In this document: piece by piece, positions 43,990 to 53,200 of the stretch
Position numbering within the stretch: the first letter of the stretch is position 1
Layout: each line of letters opens with the position of its first letter
Source: a virus
Taxonomy: Duplodnaviria > Caudoviricetes
IMG/VR virus record: IMGVR_UViG_3300044898_000016
Span: 9,868 to 73,867 of that record
Strand: one strand, 5' to 3'
DNA length: 64,000 bases
Program-made: the position numbers and the translations under genes
The notes under the pieces: generated by a model
Told to the model about the DNA's origin: nothing
Seen by the model: only the letters and a program-made list of their open reading frames with translations
Databases searched by the model: none

Positions 43990-46091
43990 TGTCACCTGTT
44001 AGAACCATCCACCCAACAGCCTACCAGCCCACCATTCCGCGATCTGGTGACACGCCCGATGACGCGATATTTTCAATGTCCAACATCATCCTCCGTGGGC
44101 AAGGGGCATTAAAGTACGCCGAGTGCTATGCAGGAAGTTACGACCTTAGTGAGACGATTGCCACTTCTGCTCTTACCGGAACATTGGCAGTTAGCACGGC
44201 AACGAAAACAGTCACGGGCAGTGGCACGACTTTCGTCACCGAACTTCATCTCGGCCAGTACGTGTTAGTAGCGAACGCGGCGAGTACGGCGTCTACACTG
44301 CTGACCGTCGAACGCATCGTCTCAGCCACGAGTTTTATTACCAGCCAATTCCCTGACTTCACTGAATCAGGTCGCACAGGGACACGTCTACCCATTATTT
44401 TCGCAGTGGACACACAGCGAGGCACGGCGTTGCGCGGCAATGTTATTAGATTAGACAAGGGAACGTTATTCTCTGTGGGCGATGGGGTATTTCGGTTAGA
44501 TGGTAATGCGATAAACTCGTCCTTAACACTCACCCGCCGCCCCAAAATAAGCTTGTACGCACCTGCCAGTGGTACTTACACTAGTTTCACCTTAGGCATG
44601 CCAACATCTGCCGCGCCGGGACTAGCAGCGGTGGGTGGAGGCTCGCCGGGAATGCAGGCGGGAAGTTACTCGATAGTGATTACTCCTGCACGCAAGGAAA
44701 CTCTTGGATTTAACAACCCATCCACTCGTGCAGATGTAACACTCGCCACAGGTGACAAAACCCGTATTACCTTCCCTGCGATGGACACAGCCAGTGGACA
44801 AAACGCATGGATTGTCTGGGGTACGACATTCGCCGCGTCATTAGGTGCAGACAAGAACTACCTTGAAGGCCCGTGGTTCAAAGTACAAATAGTAGACGAT
44901 ACCCAGGTATCACCGGTAGGTGGGACGTTTGACGTTGAATGGTTGGACGCGGAAATTGAACGGCAAGATGCAGTGACATTTGACAACGATGCGCCAACCG
45001 ACGCGGAGTTTGTCGTAAACTTCAATAACGTACCCGTGTACATCAGCTGCCAGGGGATACCGAACGCTGCGGGTAGTGTCACGTCGCCGGGGCCGTTTAT
45101 CGTACCAGCAAAGCCGAATAACGTAGAAGCCGCTCCTTTGGTGTTGGCGTTCTCATCGTCACCACCAGAGATTATTTACGGAGTGACAAGCGGGGCCGGT
45201 CGGCTATATTTACTCACCTCTACGCATTTGCAAGTTGCTCAAGGCACACCACAGCAAGACGTGCCAGTTATTATTCAACCATTCTGGCATAGTGGATTCA
45301 CTAACCCTTATCAAGTGGCGTTTTTCAACGGACGGCTATATGGATTTCCGGTTAGCGGCCCAACGCGGTCAGCGTCTGAAGGTGAGGAGGGTAGCGAAGA
45401 GGTATCATTCGCCGCTGCCGTGCAAGCAATTACTGGGAGTTGGGTGCCTGCTCGCGTAATGGTAGCCTACGATCCGGTTAACACTGCAATCTGTTTCTTC
45501 CATGCATGTGATTCGCTGAACAGTAGTGGGTATTGGACAACGAGAGTTTTAATGTTCGGCGTGCAGCAGGATAAATGGATAGGAGACGTGACGCTCACTT
45601 CCACATCTCGCGATATGATTGTTAGCGGCGTGGCGACCGTGGCCGATAGTTTAGAATTTCTTGCGGGAGGGCGCACTGCGGGTAGCACAGTAGCAACTAA
45701 AACCTACACTTTTGATACTATCTCGGGTGAGTCCGTACCGTGGCGACTAGCTCCTGCGTTCAGTGACACTGGCGACGAGTTGCGTTCACACGTAATTAAA
45801 CGCATACGAGCAACGGCCAAGTCAACGTCGGGATCGTTGGGTGTATTTGGATTCCAACCAACCCAAGTAATTGACATTTCGCTGTTGGCGACAGGGAACA
45901 GCGCAAGCCTTACGGGCGCGATTAGCTTGCCGAATACAACATCGGTGGCACTTACTCAACAGTTCCAAGTCAATTGCCCTAACCTCGATGTCTCCACAAT
46001 CCAGATACAAGGCACATGGGGCGGCACGGGTAATAAAGATAGAGTTGACGAGATCCTTTATGAGCTAGCCCCGCAAGGAGTCCGTAGATAA
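43989..46091 (+). CDS. Tail nozzle / stabilization protein (P22 gp10 / T7 gp12-like role)
   Basis: 700-aa beta-rich protein after the adaptors, in podoviral order. Confidence 0.65.
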   Translation: MSPVRTIHPTAYQPTIPRSGDTPDDAIFSMSNIILRGQGALKYAECYAGSYDLSETIATSALTGTLAVSTATKTVTGSGTTFVTELHLGQYVLVANAASTASTLLTVERIVSATSFITSQFPDFTESGRTGTRLPIIFAVDTQRGTALRGNVIRLDKGTLFSVGDGVFRLDGNAINSSLTLTRRPKISLYAPASGTYTSFTLGMPTSAAPGLAAVGGGSPGMQAGSYSIVITPARKETLGFNNPSTRADVTLATGDKTRITFPAMDTASGQNAWIVWGTTFAASLGADKNYLEGPWFKVQIVDDTQVSPVGGTFDVEWLDAEIERQDAVTFDNDAPTDAEFVVNFNNVPVYISCQGIPNAAGSVTSPGPFIVPAKPNNVEAAPLVLAFSSSPPEIIYGVTSGAGRLYLLTSTHLQVAQGTPQQDVPVIIQPFWHSGFTNPYQVAFFNGRLYGFPVSGPTRSASEGEEGSEEVSFAAAVQAITGSWVPARVMVAYDPVNTAICFFHACDSLNSSGYWTTRVLMFGVQQDKWIGDVTLTSTSRDMIVSGVATVADSLEFLAGGRTAGSTVATKTYTFDTISGESVPWRLAPAFSDTGDELRSHVIKRIRATAKSTSGSLGVFGFQPTQVIDISLLATGNSASLTGAISLPNTTSVALTQQFQVNCPNLDVSTIQIQGTWGGTGNKDRVDEILYELAPQGVRR

Positions 46092-46093
46092 TC

Positions 46094-46687
46094 ATGGCAA
46101 TTCCCGGCAGTGACGTAGTTGTCGATCCCACCATCGTGTATGACCAGTACAACACTACTGGTTCGTCGGTGGAGAATTTCTTTCTCAATGAGAACTTACC
46201 GCCGGGGAGCGCGGTCACGACTGTAAACGGGGTCGCTGGGCCGATTATTAACATCACTGGTGGGAGTACGGGATTGGCGTTCAGCGTGGGCGCGTCACCA
46301 GTCATCCTCAGTGGCACGACGGTAGCGGCCAGCGGTGGCACGGGTCAATCAAGTTATGCAGTTGGTGACATTCTCTACGCGTCAGGTACAACGGCCCTTA
46401 GTAAACTTGCAGATGTTGCCACCGGCAACGCGCTTCTCTCCGGCGGGGTAACGACCGCCCCCGCATGGGGGAAAGTTGGACTCACTACGCATGTCACAGG
46501 TGTGTTGCCTAATGCCAATGGGGGGATGGTGAAGATTAACGCGGCAGCAGTTGCGCCAACTGTTACCGATGATAGTTCAGCGGGCTATAGCGTGAACTCA
46601 TTGTGGACAGACACCGTGCTTCAGGACGGCTATATGTGCATGAGCGCAGCAGTGGGCGCAGCGATCTGGAAGAAGATAACGCCATGA
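46094..46687 (+). CDS. Short fibre/needle-like virion protein
   Basis: GGTGQSSYAVGDILYASGTTALSKL fibre repeat; APTVTDDSSAGYSVNSLW module. Confidence 0.65.
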   Translation: MAIPGSDVVVDPTIVYDQYNTTGSSVENFFLNENLPPGSAVTTVNGVAGPIINITGGSTGLAFSVGASPVILSGTTVAASGGTGQSSYAVGDILYASGTTALSKLADVATGNALLSGGVTTAPAWGKVGLTTHVTGVLPNANGGMVKINAAAVAPTVTDDSSAGYSVNSLWTDTVLQDGYMCMSAAVGAAIWKKITP

Positions 46688-47196
46688 CCACTATTCGCCG
46701 CCTCAATCCTGACACTGACCGAGGGCTACTTGTTGATGCTTACGCATGGGAAGCTTTTGCGCCTCGCTGGTTTAAGGATGCGGATAAAGTATTCGGGCCA
46801 CCGACATTGGTTGATTTCATCAAAGGAACGGAGCAGGATGATCGAGCAACATTCGGGATATTTGATGACGAGATTGCTGGTCTGATTATCCTCACATTGC
46901 GAGATAGCGCGGTAGAAGCTGACCTGATGGCTCGGCCTGGTGTTTCGCTTGAAATTATCGCGGCAGGTGCGTCGTCTTTACGTGATGCCGTATTCAGCGA
47001 CTTACCTGTCACGGCTATTTATTGCTGGCTAGCGAGAAAAAACTACCCCACTAGAAAGTTGTGTGCCATAATAGGTTTCTGTGATAGTGGACTACGATTA
47101 CTCAAGGGCGTATATCGCGGGCGAGTCATTGAGTGGTATCGGTTGGAAATCACGCGAGAGGCATGGGAAACGGAACAGCTAGCACTTGCCGCTTGA
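46684..47196 (+). CDS. GNAT-like (acetyltransferase-fold) protein in the tail/ejection cluster
   Basis: IYCWLARKNYPTRKLCAIIGF resembles the GNAT N...L...GF motif; start at ATG 46684. Confidence 0.55.
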   Translation: MTTIRRLNPDTDRGLLVDAYAWEAFAPRWFKDADKVFGPPTLVDFIKGTEQDDRATFGIFDDEIAGLIILTLRDSAVEADLMARPGVSLEIIAAGASSLRDAVFSDLPVTAIYCWLARKNYPTRKLCAIIGFCDSGLRLLKGVYRGRVIEWYRLEITREAWETEQLALAA

Positions 47197-47290
47197 TAAC
47201 TTAACCTGATAGGTGGAATACCTGACGGGCCGTGTGGGTGAATCAATTCGTGGATACGAGTTGCTTGACCGATACGGCCCCTTTTCATTG
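47193..47290 (+). promoter_or_regulatory. Repeated late regulatory element, copy B
   Basis: TTGATAACTTAACCT, AGG-TGGAATA-CCT hairpin, 6 nt after GAATA, GGGCCGT/ACGGCCC long hairpin, TTTTCATTG. Confidence 0.7.
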
Positions 47291-47292
47291 TT

Positions 47293-47811
47293 ATGGGTAA
47301 AAAAAAATCAGAGACTACGCAAAATCAGACGCAGAGCCAGAACCAGAACTATAACAACGCGTCTACGAATTCTTATAGTCAGATCACGCCCAATGACACT
47401 GCTGACATTAGCAAGTTTCGAGATTGGAATCCGCAGATCGATCCAGGTTTAGGCGCGCAATATGGCGCGGCGCATGAACGGCTTCACAGTTCATTCATAA
47501 ACCCCCTCGGCGGTTACTCCACGCCACAGATGCGTGACGCCCAGCAGCGTACTGGTGATAGACAGTTAAATCAAGATGAAGCTAGTGCCTTTAGAAGCGG
47601 TCAATACGATGTTAACAATCAAAAGGCGGGACAACTTGGGACACTAGCAACGTTGACGGCTCCGCGACTTGTACAGACAGGCTCTACGGCTAGTGGCACG
47701 GGGACGAGTTCAGGAACATCGTCAGGGACGGGGACGACGGTACAGTCAGGTGATCTGTTAGGGCAAATCCTCGGCGGTGCGGCGCAAGTCGGTTCAGCCG
47801 CGTTGATGTAA
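47293..47811 (+). CDS. Small ejection / DNA-transfer protein (P22 gp7 / T7 gp14-like role)
   Basis: MGKKKSETTQ N-terminus, Q/N/T/S-rich body, C-terminal GQILGGAAQVGSAALM. Confidence 0.65.
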   Translation: MGKKKSETTQNQTQSQNQNYNNASTNSYSQITPNDTADISKFRDWNPQIDPGLGAQYGAAHERLHSSFINPLGGYSTPQMRDAQQRTGDRQLNQDEASAFRSGQYDVNNQKAGQLGTLATLTAPRLVQTGSTASGTGTSSGTSSGTGTTVQSGDLLGQILGGAAQVGSAALM

Positions 47812-47819
47812 CCACGGAA

Positions 47820-47879
47820 ATGAATAAAAATATCATCGAACAATCTCTCGCTACGGCAAAGTCTCCCGTAGTGCTGTCA
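47820..47879 (+). pseudogene. Orphaned N-terminal relic of the PAPS-reductase-like gene
   Basis: MNKNIIEQSLATAKSPVVLS(S); NIIE..L....SP.VL.S is 10/18 identical to the 48676 gene N-terminus. Confidence 0.75.
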
Positions 47880-48593
47880 TCGCCTGCGCTGGTCGTAGAT
47901 GCGTCCTTGCTCGCGCTCTCGCTTTCTTACTTCTGGACGTTCCCTTCGTTTCCTTGCGGCAATCTTGGCTTTTTCTCTGCGGCGGAGTCGTTGTTCATCA
48001 GTAAGATTATGGTATCGAGCGCTTTCTATTTGCAGTTGACGCAGTTTCTTTTCTGGCGACATATTGAGCCGTCTTCGCTTACTGCCCCTTGCTTGCATCA
48101 TTCGGTGTCTAGTAGCCTCTGCGGAGTCCGGCGCGATAGTTTTAGACCTAGCGTCAGATCGCTCAATAGCGCATCGTCTACATGCTCGGCCATATCCATT
48201 TTGACGATAAGATTTATACGTATTCTCGGTAGAATACGGATGACCCTTCGGGCAATGAGTTTTTTTAATATTCATAGCCGCTGGCCCTACGCCACGCAGA
48301 ATGTTAACCCGCTGAGTAACCACTTCCAAGTGCCCAAAATTAACGCATCTTCGCACTCGGCAGAGATGGTCGCAGCACAACTCTTTAGGAACCAAACCGA
48401 CGAACAGTTCATAGCTAAGGCGATGGGCCATTCGAGCGCGGCCATTCCAAGTCATAACACCATAGCCCTCTGCGGCGGTCGATCCTTGCCACAACCAGCA
48501 TCCAGTTTCATGGTCTACCTTAATTTTCTCCAGAAAGCGCGCAAGTTGTACAAGTGTTTTTGGGAGTGTGGTATTCTTTGGGTTAGACATCAT
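47877..48593 (-). CDS. Free-standing HNH homing endonuclease (antisense)
   Basis: CWLWQG...GYG...AHRLSY...DHLCRVRRCVNFGHLEVV, then THCPKGHPY...CRRC zinc finger; AGAGGAGG SD. Confidence 0.9.
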   Translation of the reverse strand: MMSNPKNTTLPKTLVQLARFLEKIKVDHETGCWLWQGSTAAEGYGVMTWNGRARMAHRLSYELFVGLVPKELCCDHLCRVRRCVNFGHLEVVTQRVNILRGVGPAAMNIKKTHCPKGHPYSTENTYKSYRQNGYGRACRRCAIERSDARSKTIAPDSAEATRHRMMQARGSKRRRLNMSPEKKLRQLQIESARYHNLTDEQRLRRREKAKIAARKRRERPEVRKREREQGRIYDQRRR

Positions 48594-48619
48594 TGCCTCC
48601 TCTTAGGTAATGTTGTTTT

Positions 48620-48667
48620 GGTTGGCGAGAACTTAGAGGGTTCGCGCCAACCTTATTTATTATACCA
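48620..48667 (-). promoter_or_regulatory. Extended -10 promoter plus 5' leader hairpin for the HNH gene
   Basis: Minus strand TGGTATAAT (48667-48659); predicted +1 at 48652 is the first G of the GGTTGGCG/CGCCAACC hairpin. Confidence 0.65.
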
Positions 48668-48675
48668 AAAATCGC

Positions 48676-49347
48676 ATGAATCTAGTGAACAGTTTTAATA
48701 TCATTGAGGAGGCGTTGAGCCGGTCGGCTAGTCCGACTGTACTTTGCTCATTTCAAAAAGACTCAATGTTACTGCTTTGGATGGTGAGACAGATTAATCC
48801 AAATGTGCCTGTAGTCTGGTTTCACGATGCTCGGGACCCATTTGCCGAGAGTGTGATCATGGATTGGGACTTAACAGTATTCTCGTATCGACCCGCCGAC
48901 AGGTATCTCGTGCCGAGTGGGAATGGAATGATGTTAGTAGACGAGTACGCGATAGGCGCGGCCAGATTACCAACATTGAGAGACGTGGTAGAGGGTGAGC
49001 GGTGTGGATTAGAATCACTATCAGCCTCGCGCACGCCAAATTTCAACTACCCATTCGACATCACCTTTTTTGGCTTCAAGGCAGCGGACGCGACGGATCA
49101 TGAGATTACAAACCACGCAATACTGCCTCAACAATTCATTCTCGGCCATACCACGATGGTTGCGCCGTTGCACGAGTGGAGTAACAAGGACGTGTTGACC
49201 GCGATAGATGAACACGGCATCCCGTACCAGCCACGCGACGATTCGGTGACTATGTGCCAGCAATGTGCGAGTTCGTTAAGTCGCTGGAATGGTACGACGG
49301 CGTTATCAATCTTTCACAAACGATTTGGTTTCGAGCAAGTTCACTAA
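48676..49347 (+). CDS. PAPS-reductase / PP-loop superfamily protein with a degenerate P-loop
   Basis: VLCSFQKDSMLLLWMV (canonical SGGKDS), VVWFHD, FFGFKAAD, APLHEWSNKDVLTAIDEHGIPY. Confidence 0.7.
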   Translation: MNLVNSFNIIEEALSRSASPTVLCSFQKDSMLLLWMVRQINPNVPVVWFHDARDPFAESVIMDWDLTVFSYRPADRYLVPSGNGMMLVDEYAIGAARLPTLRDVVEGERCGLESLSASRTPNFNYPFDITFFGFKAADATDHEITNHAILPQQFILGHTTMVAPLHEWSNKDVLTAIDEHGIPYQPRDDSVTMCQQCASSLSRWNGTTALSIFHKRFGFEQVH

Positions 49348-49359
49348 GGAGACAATTTC

Positions 49360-50208
49360 ATGGCAATCACAAGTATCAATCGCAACGTCGTCACACAACT
49401 GCTATCGGCAAGTGGCAATGTTAATTTTGAGAGCGATCAAGTGCAATGCGACTGCACGAGTGGCGCGATTACCGCAACGCTATACCCATCGCCCGGTGAC
49501 GGCGCTTATCATCGAGTAGTAATAGAGAAAACTGATTCGAGCGCTAACGCAGTTACCGTCACGGACAGCACGTTTACCTTCTCACTCACCAATCAGTATG
49601 ACAGTGTGATCTGTGAATTGACGGCGGCGGGCGCTTGGGTTGGCACCGGGTCGTTTGATTCAGGAGGATCGGGTAATGTGGTTGGCCCAGCGTCGGCCAC
49701 CGCAGACGTTCCAGTGTTGTTTAGCGGTACTACTGGAAAGATAATCAAGAACTCGACGCCCACAGGCACGGGCAATCCAGTGCTACAGACTACGCCAACC
49801 TTGACTACGCCTGTCATTGGGGTAGCCACAGGAACGTCACTGGCCGCATCGGGACTTATCACGTCATCTTCACCGACAGCGGGTATCGGTTACGCGACGG
49901 GTGCAGGGGGCGCGGTTGCGCAGGGCACAAATCGCACCACAACGGTTGTGCTTAACACCATAGCCGGAGCGATTACGCTTATTTCGGCGGCAGGGTCAGC
50001 TACTCCGGCATCATTCACGGTAACTAACTCGGCAGTAGCGGCTACCGACACCGTGATCGTCAGTCAAAAGTCCGGCACCGATCTATATGAGATTTTCGTC
50101 ACAGCGGTTGCGGCGGGAAGCTTCAGGATTACCAGCTTCACCACGGGTGGAACAACGGTTGAAACGCCGGTGTTCAACTTTGCAGTTATCAAGAGCGTTG
50201 CCGCATAA
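49360..50208 (+). CDS. Fibre-like virion protein
   Basis: AAGGAG SD; VVGPASATAD, GTGNPVLQTTPTLTTPVIGVATG fibre repeats; C-terminal beta domain. Confidence 0.7.
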   Translation: MAITSINRNVVTQLLSASGNVNFESDQVQCDCTSGAITATLYPSPGDGAYHRVVIEKTDSSANAVTVTDSTFTFSLTNQYDSVICELTAAGAWVGTGSFDSGGSGNVVGPASATADVPVLFSGTTGKIIKNSTPTGTGNPVLQTTPTLTTPVIGVATGTSLAASGLITSSSPTAGIGYATGAGGAVAQGTNRTTTVVLNTIAGAITLISAAGSATPASFTVTNSAVAATDTVIVSQKSGTDLYEIFVTAVAAGSFRITSFTTGGTTVETPVFNFAVIKSVAA

Positions 50209-50220
50209 GGAGGCCTTGCT

Positions 50221-53200
50221 ATCGCCCTCATAGGTCTCAGCAGCTTCCAGCTCACCCCTGCCGTGAACGGCGGGTATAATACCGATGCGCTTACGGTCAG
50301 ATGGTGGTACGGGCGGGGATTTATTGACAGTTCGACGGTGTCAGTGCAGGGCGGTAATGGTGCGTCAGGTTTCTACATAACCTCCATTTGTACGGTAGAT
50401 GGTAATGGGATTATCACCGTACCGTCTACGTCGATCTATTCGACTTTGGACGCGATTGATCCTGCCCCACAGTCCATTCAATTCTTTGGACGACTCTACA
50501 GCGGCAATACGCCGAGACAATGGATTACTGCATTCAACTCCACGCCGACTGGCTGGGTCGTCCAAAATCCTACGCCACTGAGCGCCCTCACGTTTGAGGA
50601 GTTGGTATTAGAAAACCAATCAATTGTTCTAGCCAACCCGCCGCAAACTTTCTGGACGATAGCTCAGACACAAGCGTATATTGCATCACAAGGAACGTCG
50701 CCTCTGGCGAGTGATGTGGTGTTTGGGCGGACAAAACTGGATATTGCGCCTACTTCAGCCATCAACCCGGTCGCGGTTGGGGCAAATAGCTACGCAGCAA
50801 CCAATCATCTTGGTATTACTAAACTTGCCACAGCGCCTTTGTCTGCGACTAATCCCATCGCCGTTGGTAGTAATGATCCGCGATTAGGCGGCTATATCAA
50901 TGTTATGGCCTACGGTGCGATCGGTGACGATTCAACAGATAACTCAACCGCATTCACGAACGCACAAACAGCAGCAGCGGCAGTAGGTGCGGCTCTTTAT
51001 ATTCCGGTAGGTACGTTCCGAATGATTGGCGGGTTCGCATTTACATCTCCAGTGATATTCGCTCCAGGTGGGATCGTCAAACACGCCGGCGGTTCGCTTT
51101 CTTTCTCAAAAGCGGTCATTGCCGACCCTTCACCGCACTTCGCATCAACCTCGACGATAAGCGTTTCATTTCCCGGAAACACTTCGATTGATCGCTATTA
51201 CATTGATTGGTGGGGGACACCGGCAGGGTCTGATGATACAGCGATTTGCGAAGCGGCGGTTGCGGCGTTTCCCATTGGTGCCTACGTTAAGCTGATTCCT
51301 AATCGGGTCTATGCAACGCAAGGGCTGACGGTGAAGCAAGGTCAGACATGGGATCTGACCGGGGCCACGATTATCGCCTTACCCGGTACTTCTTTTCCAA
51401 ATGAAACATTCGATATTGGCGCAACAAATCCCCTGGATTTGAATGGCACGTTCTGGACGACTAACACGGCGATGTCTAGCGCGATAGCGGGTGCTACGTC
51501 GATCACGGTTACGAGTTCAGCGGGGTTTACGGCGGGAGATCGCATTGTCGTTTCAGCCGGATCGTTTACAGGGTCGGGGGTAGAGTTTGGGCCGATTGAA
51601 TTTAATACTGTTGCATCAATCCCTGACGGTACTCACATCAACGTCAAGACACCGTTGGCTTATAACTATTCCGGCTTCGGACTCGCTGGCGCAGCAAATC
51701 TCAAGGTCTATAAAGTCCCGGCGAATCAGCCGCGTAACATTAAGATATTTGGTGGCACGATTCAACCTTCCGCATCTTTTACTGGACCGTACCTTAATAT
51801 CAACGGAGCGGAGAATGTTGAAGTTTGTAACATTCTATTTAACGGTCTGGCAGGAGGGCTGACTACGGGCGGGTATGTTAGTGGGCTAAATTTCCACGAC
51901 TGCCAGTTAAAAGGAAACGGATTGATTTCAGCAGCGGTCAACTTTAATTTCGCTTCCTTAGTTTACAGCCGCATCACTGATAACCTGCTAAGCCTAGGCG
52001 GTAATACCTTACTTAATGGAAGTAACCTTGAAGTTACCTGCCATGACAATATCGTTTCGGACAATATCATCGGGCCGGTGCGAGCAACCGCAGTTGCGGG
52101 GATCGAGTTCAATAAGTCATCGTTCAATAATCAGGTTACTGACAATAACATCTGGGGACTGAGTGCCGACGTAACCGCGAACGTGATTACACGGGGGATT
52201 AGAACGCAGAGTTCGCCAGCGGGCACGGGAAATCTCATACAAGGAAACACTGTTAGAAATGTTTTCATAGGCATTGCCGACAACGCTGACAATTCCCTTG
52301 TAGACGGCAACGTCCTCGCGTCGGTATCCTCTCCTAGTACCTCGACCGGCATACTCACGGACAGCTTGAAGGGGACCATTGGGGATAACACGATCACCGG
52401 GTTTGATCGTAACACGGTTGACAGTGCCCTTACAGGCGTTCCGACCTTACGACGAACCTTGGGAAGGTCATATAGATTCGAGGGTAACGGCTCGCCTGAA
52501 GGCGTGATTACCGCGCCGGTTAGCTCGATGCATAGTCGGCTGGATGGCGGTGCATCCACCTCTTTATATGTGAAAGGAAGCGGCACTGGCAATACTGGAT
52601 GGGTTGCCCTTGGCTCGGGATCGTCCTCAGCGTTGACCCAAGTAGACGTTTCCTCCTACGCAACAGGGGGTGACGGCTCGCCCGGATCGCCGTGGACTGG
52701 CTGGAATGCCGCTACACCTTGGGCGGCGAACACGGCTTTCTACTTCAAAGATGGTTACTACTCAACATCGACTACAGTCCTCTGGGGGCTCTCAGGAATT
52801 GGGATCATCTTTTCTCCCGGCGCGATTATTAACTATACAGGGGCCGGTGTGGGCATTAGGTTTGACGCTACTGATTACGTTTCAAACGTCGGAGCGTACT
52901 TGGTCTATATCAACGTAAAAGGATTGCGACTTCGCACCACAACGGGTACTGACGGGGTGGTAGTAAATCGCGTTTTCAACTGCTCGTTTGATTTGAATGT
53001 TGGCGGGTTTAGTTCTCATCAGACCTATTTTTACCGAAGCATCACTAATCTAGTGTGGCTGAAATCTACAACCGGGTCGGAGGCAAATAGCATTGCCAAT
53101 AACGGTTTCCCGAATGTCACTACCTATGGCGATTACGCACTATACATCGCTGATGATGGCGGGGGCAGTTGCAATGAAAACGAGTTCTTCGTGAACATTG

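Noticed and set aside
47299-47307. A9 tract as a phase-variation or frameshift site
   Set aside because: It encodes KKK in frame at the N-terminus, with no downstream stimulatory structure or alternative ORF.
47820-48698. 292-aa + strand ORF
   Set aside because: Beyond its first ~20 codons (the relic) it is the antisense shadow of the HNH gene, with Ser/Phe/Leu-rich nonsense composition.
48676-49347. Dnd phosphorothioation or cysH metabolic gene
   Set aside because: No other dnd or cys genes are present, the P-loop is degenerate, and the context is virion genes.
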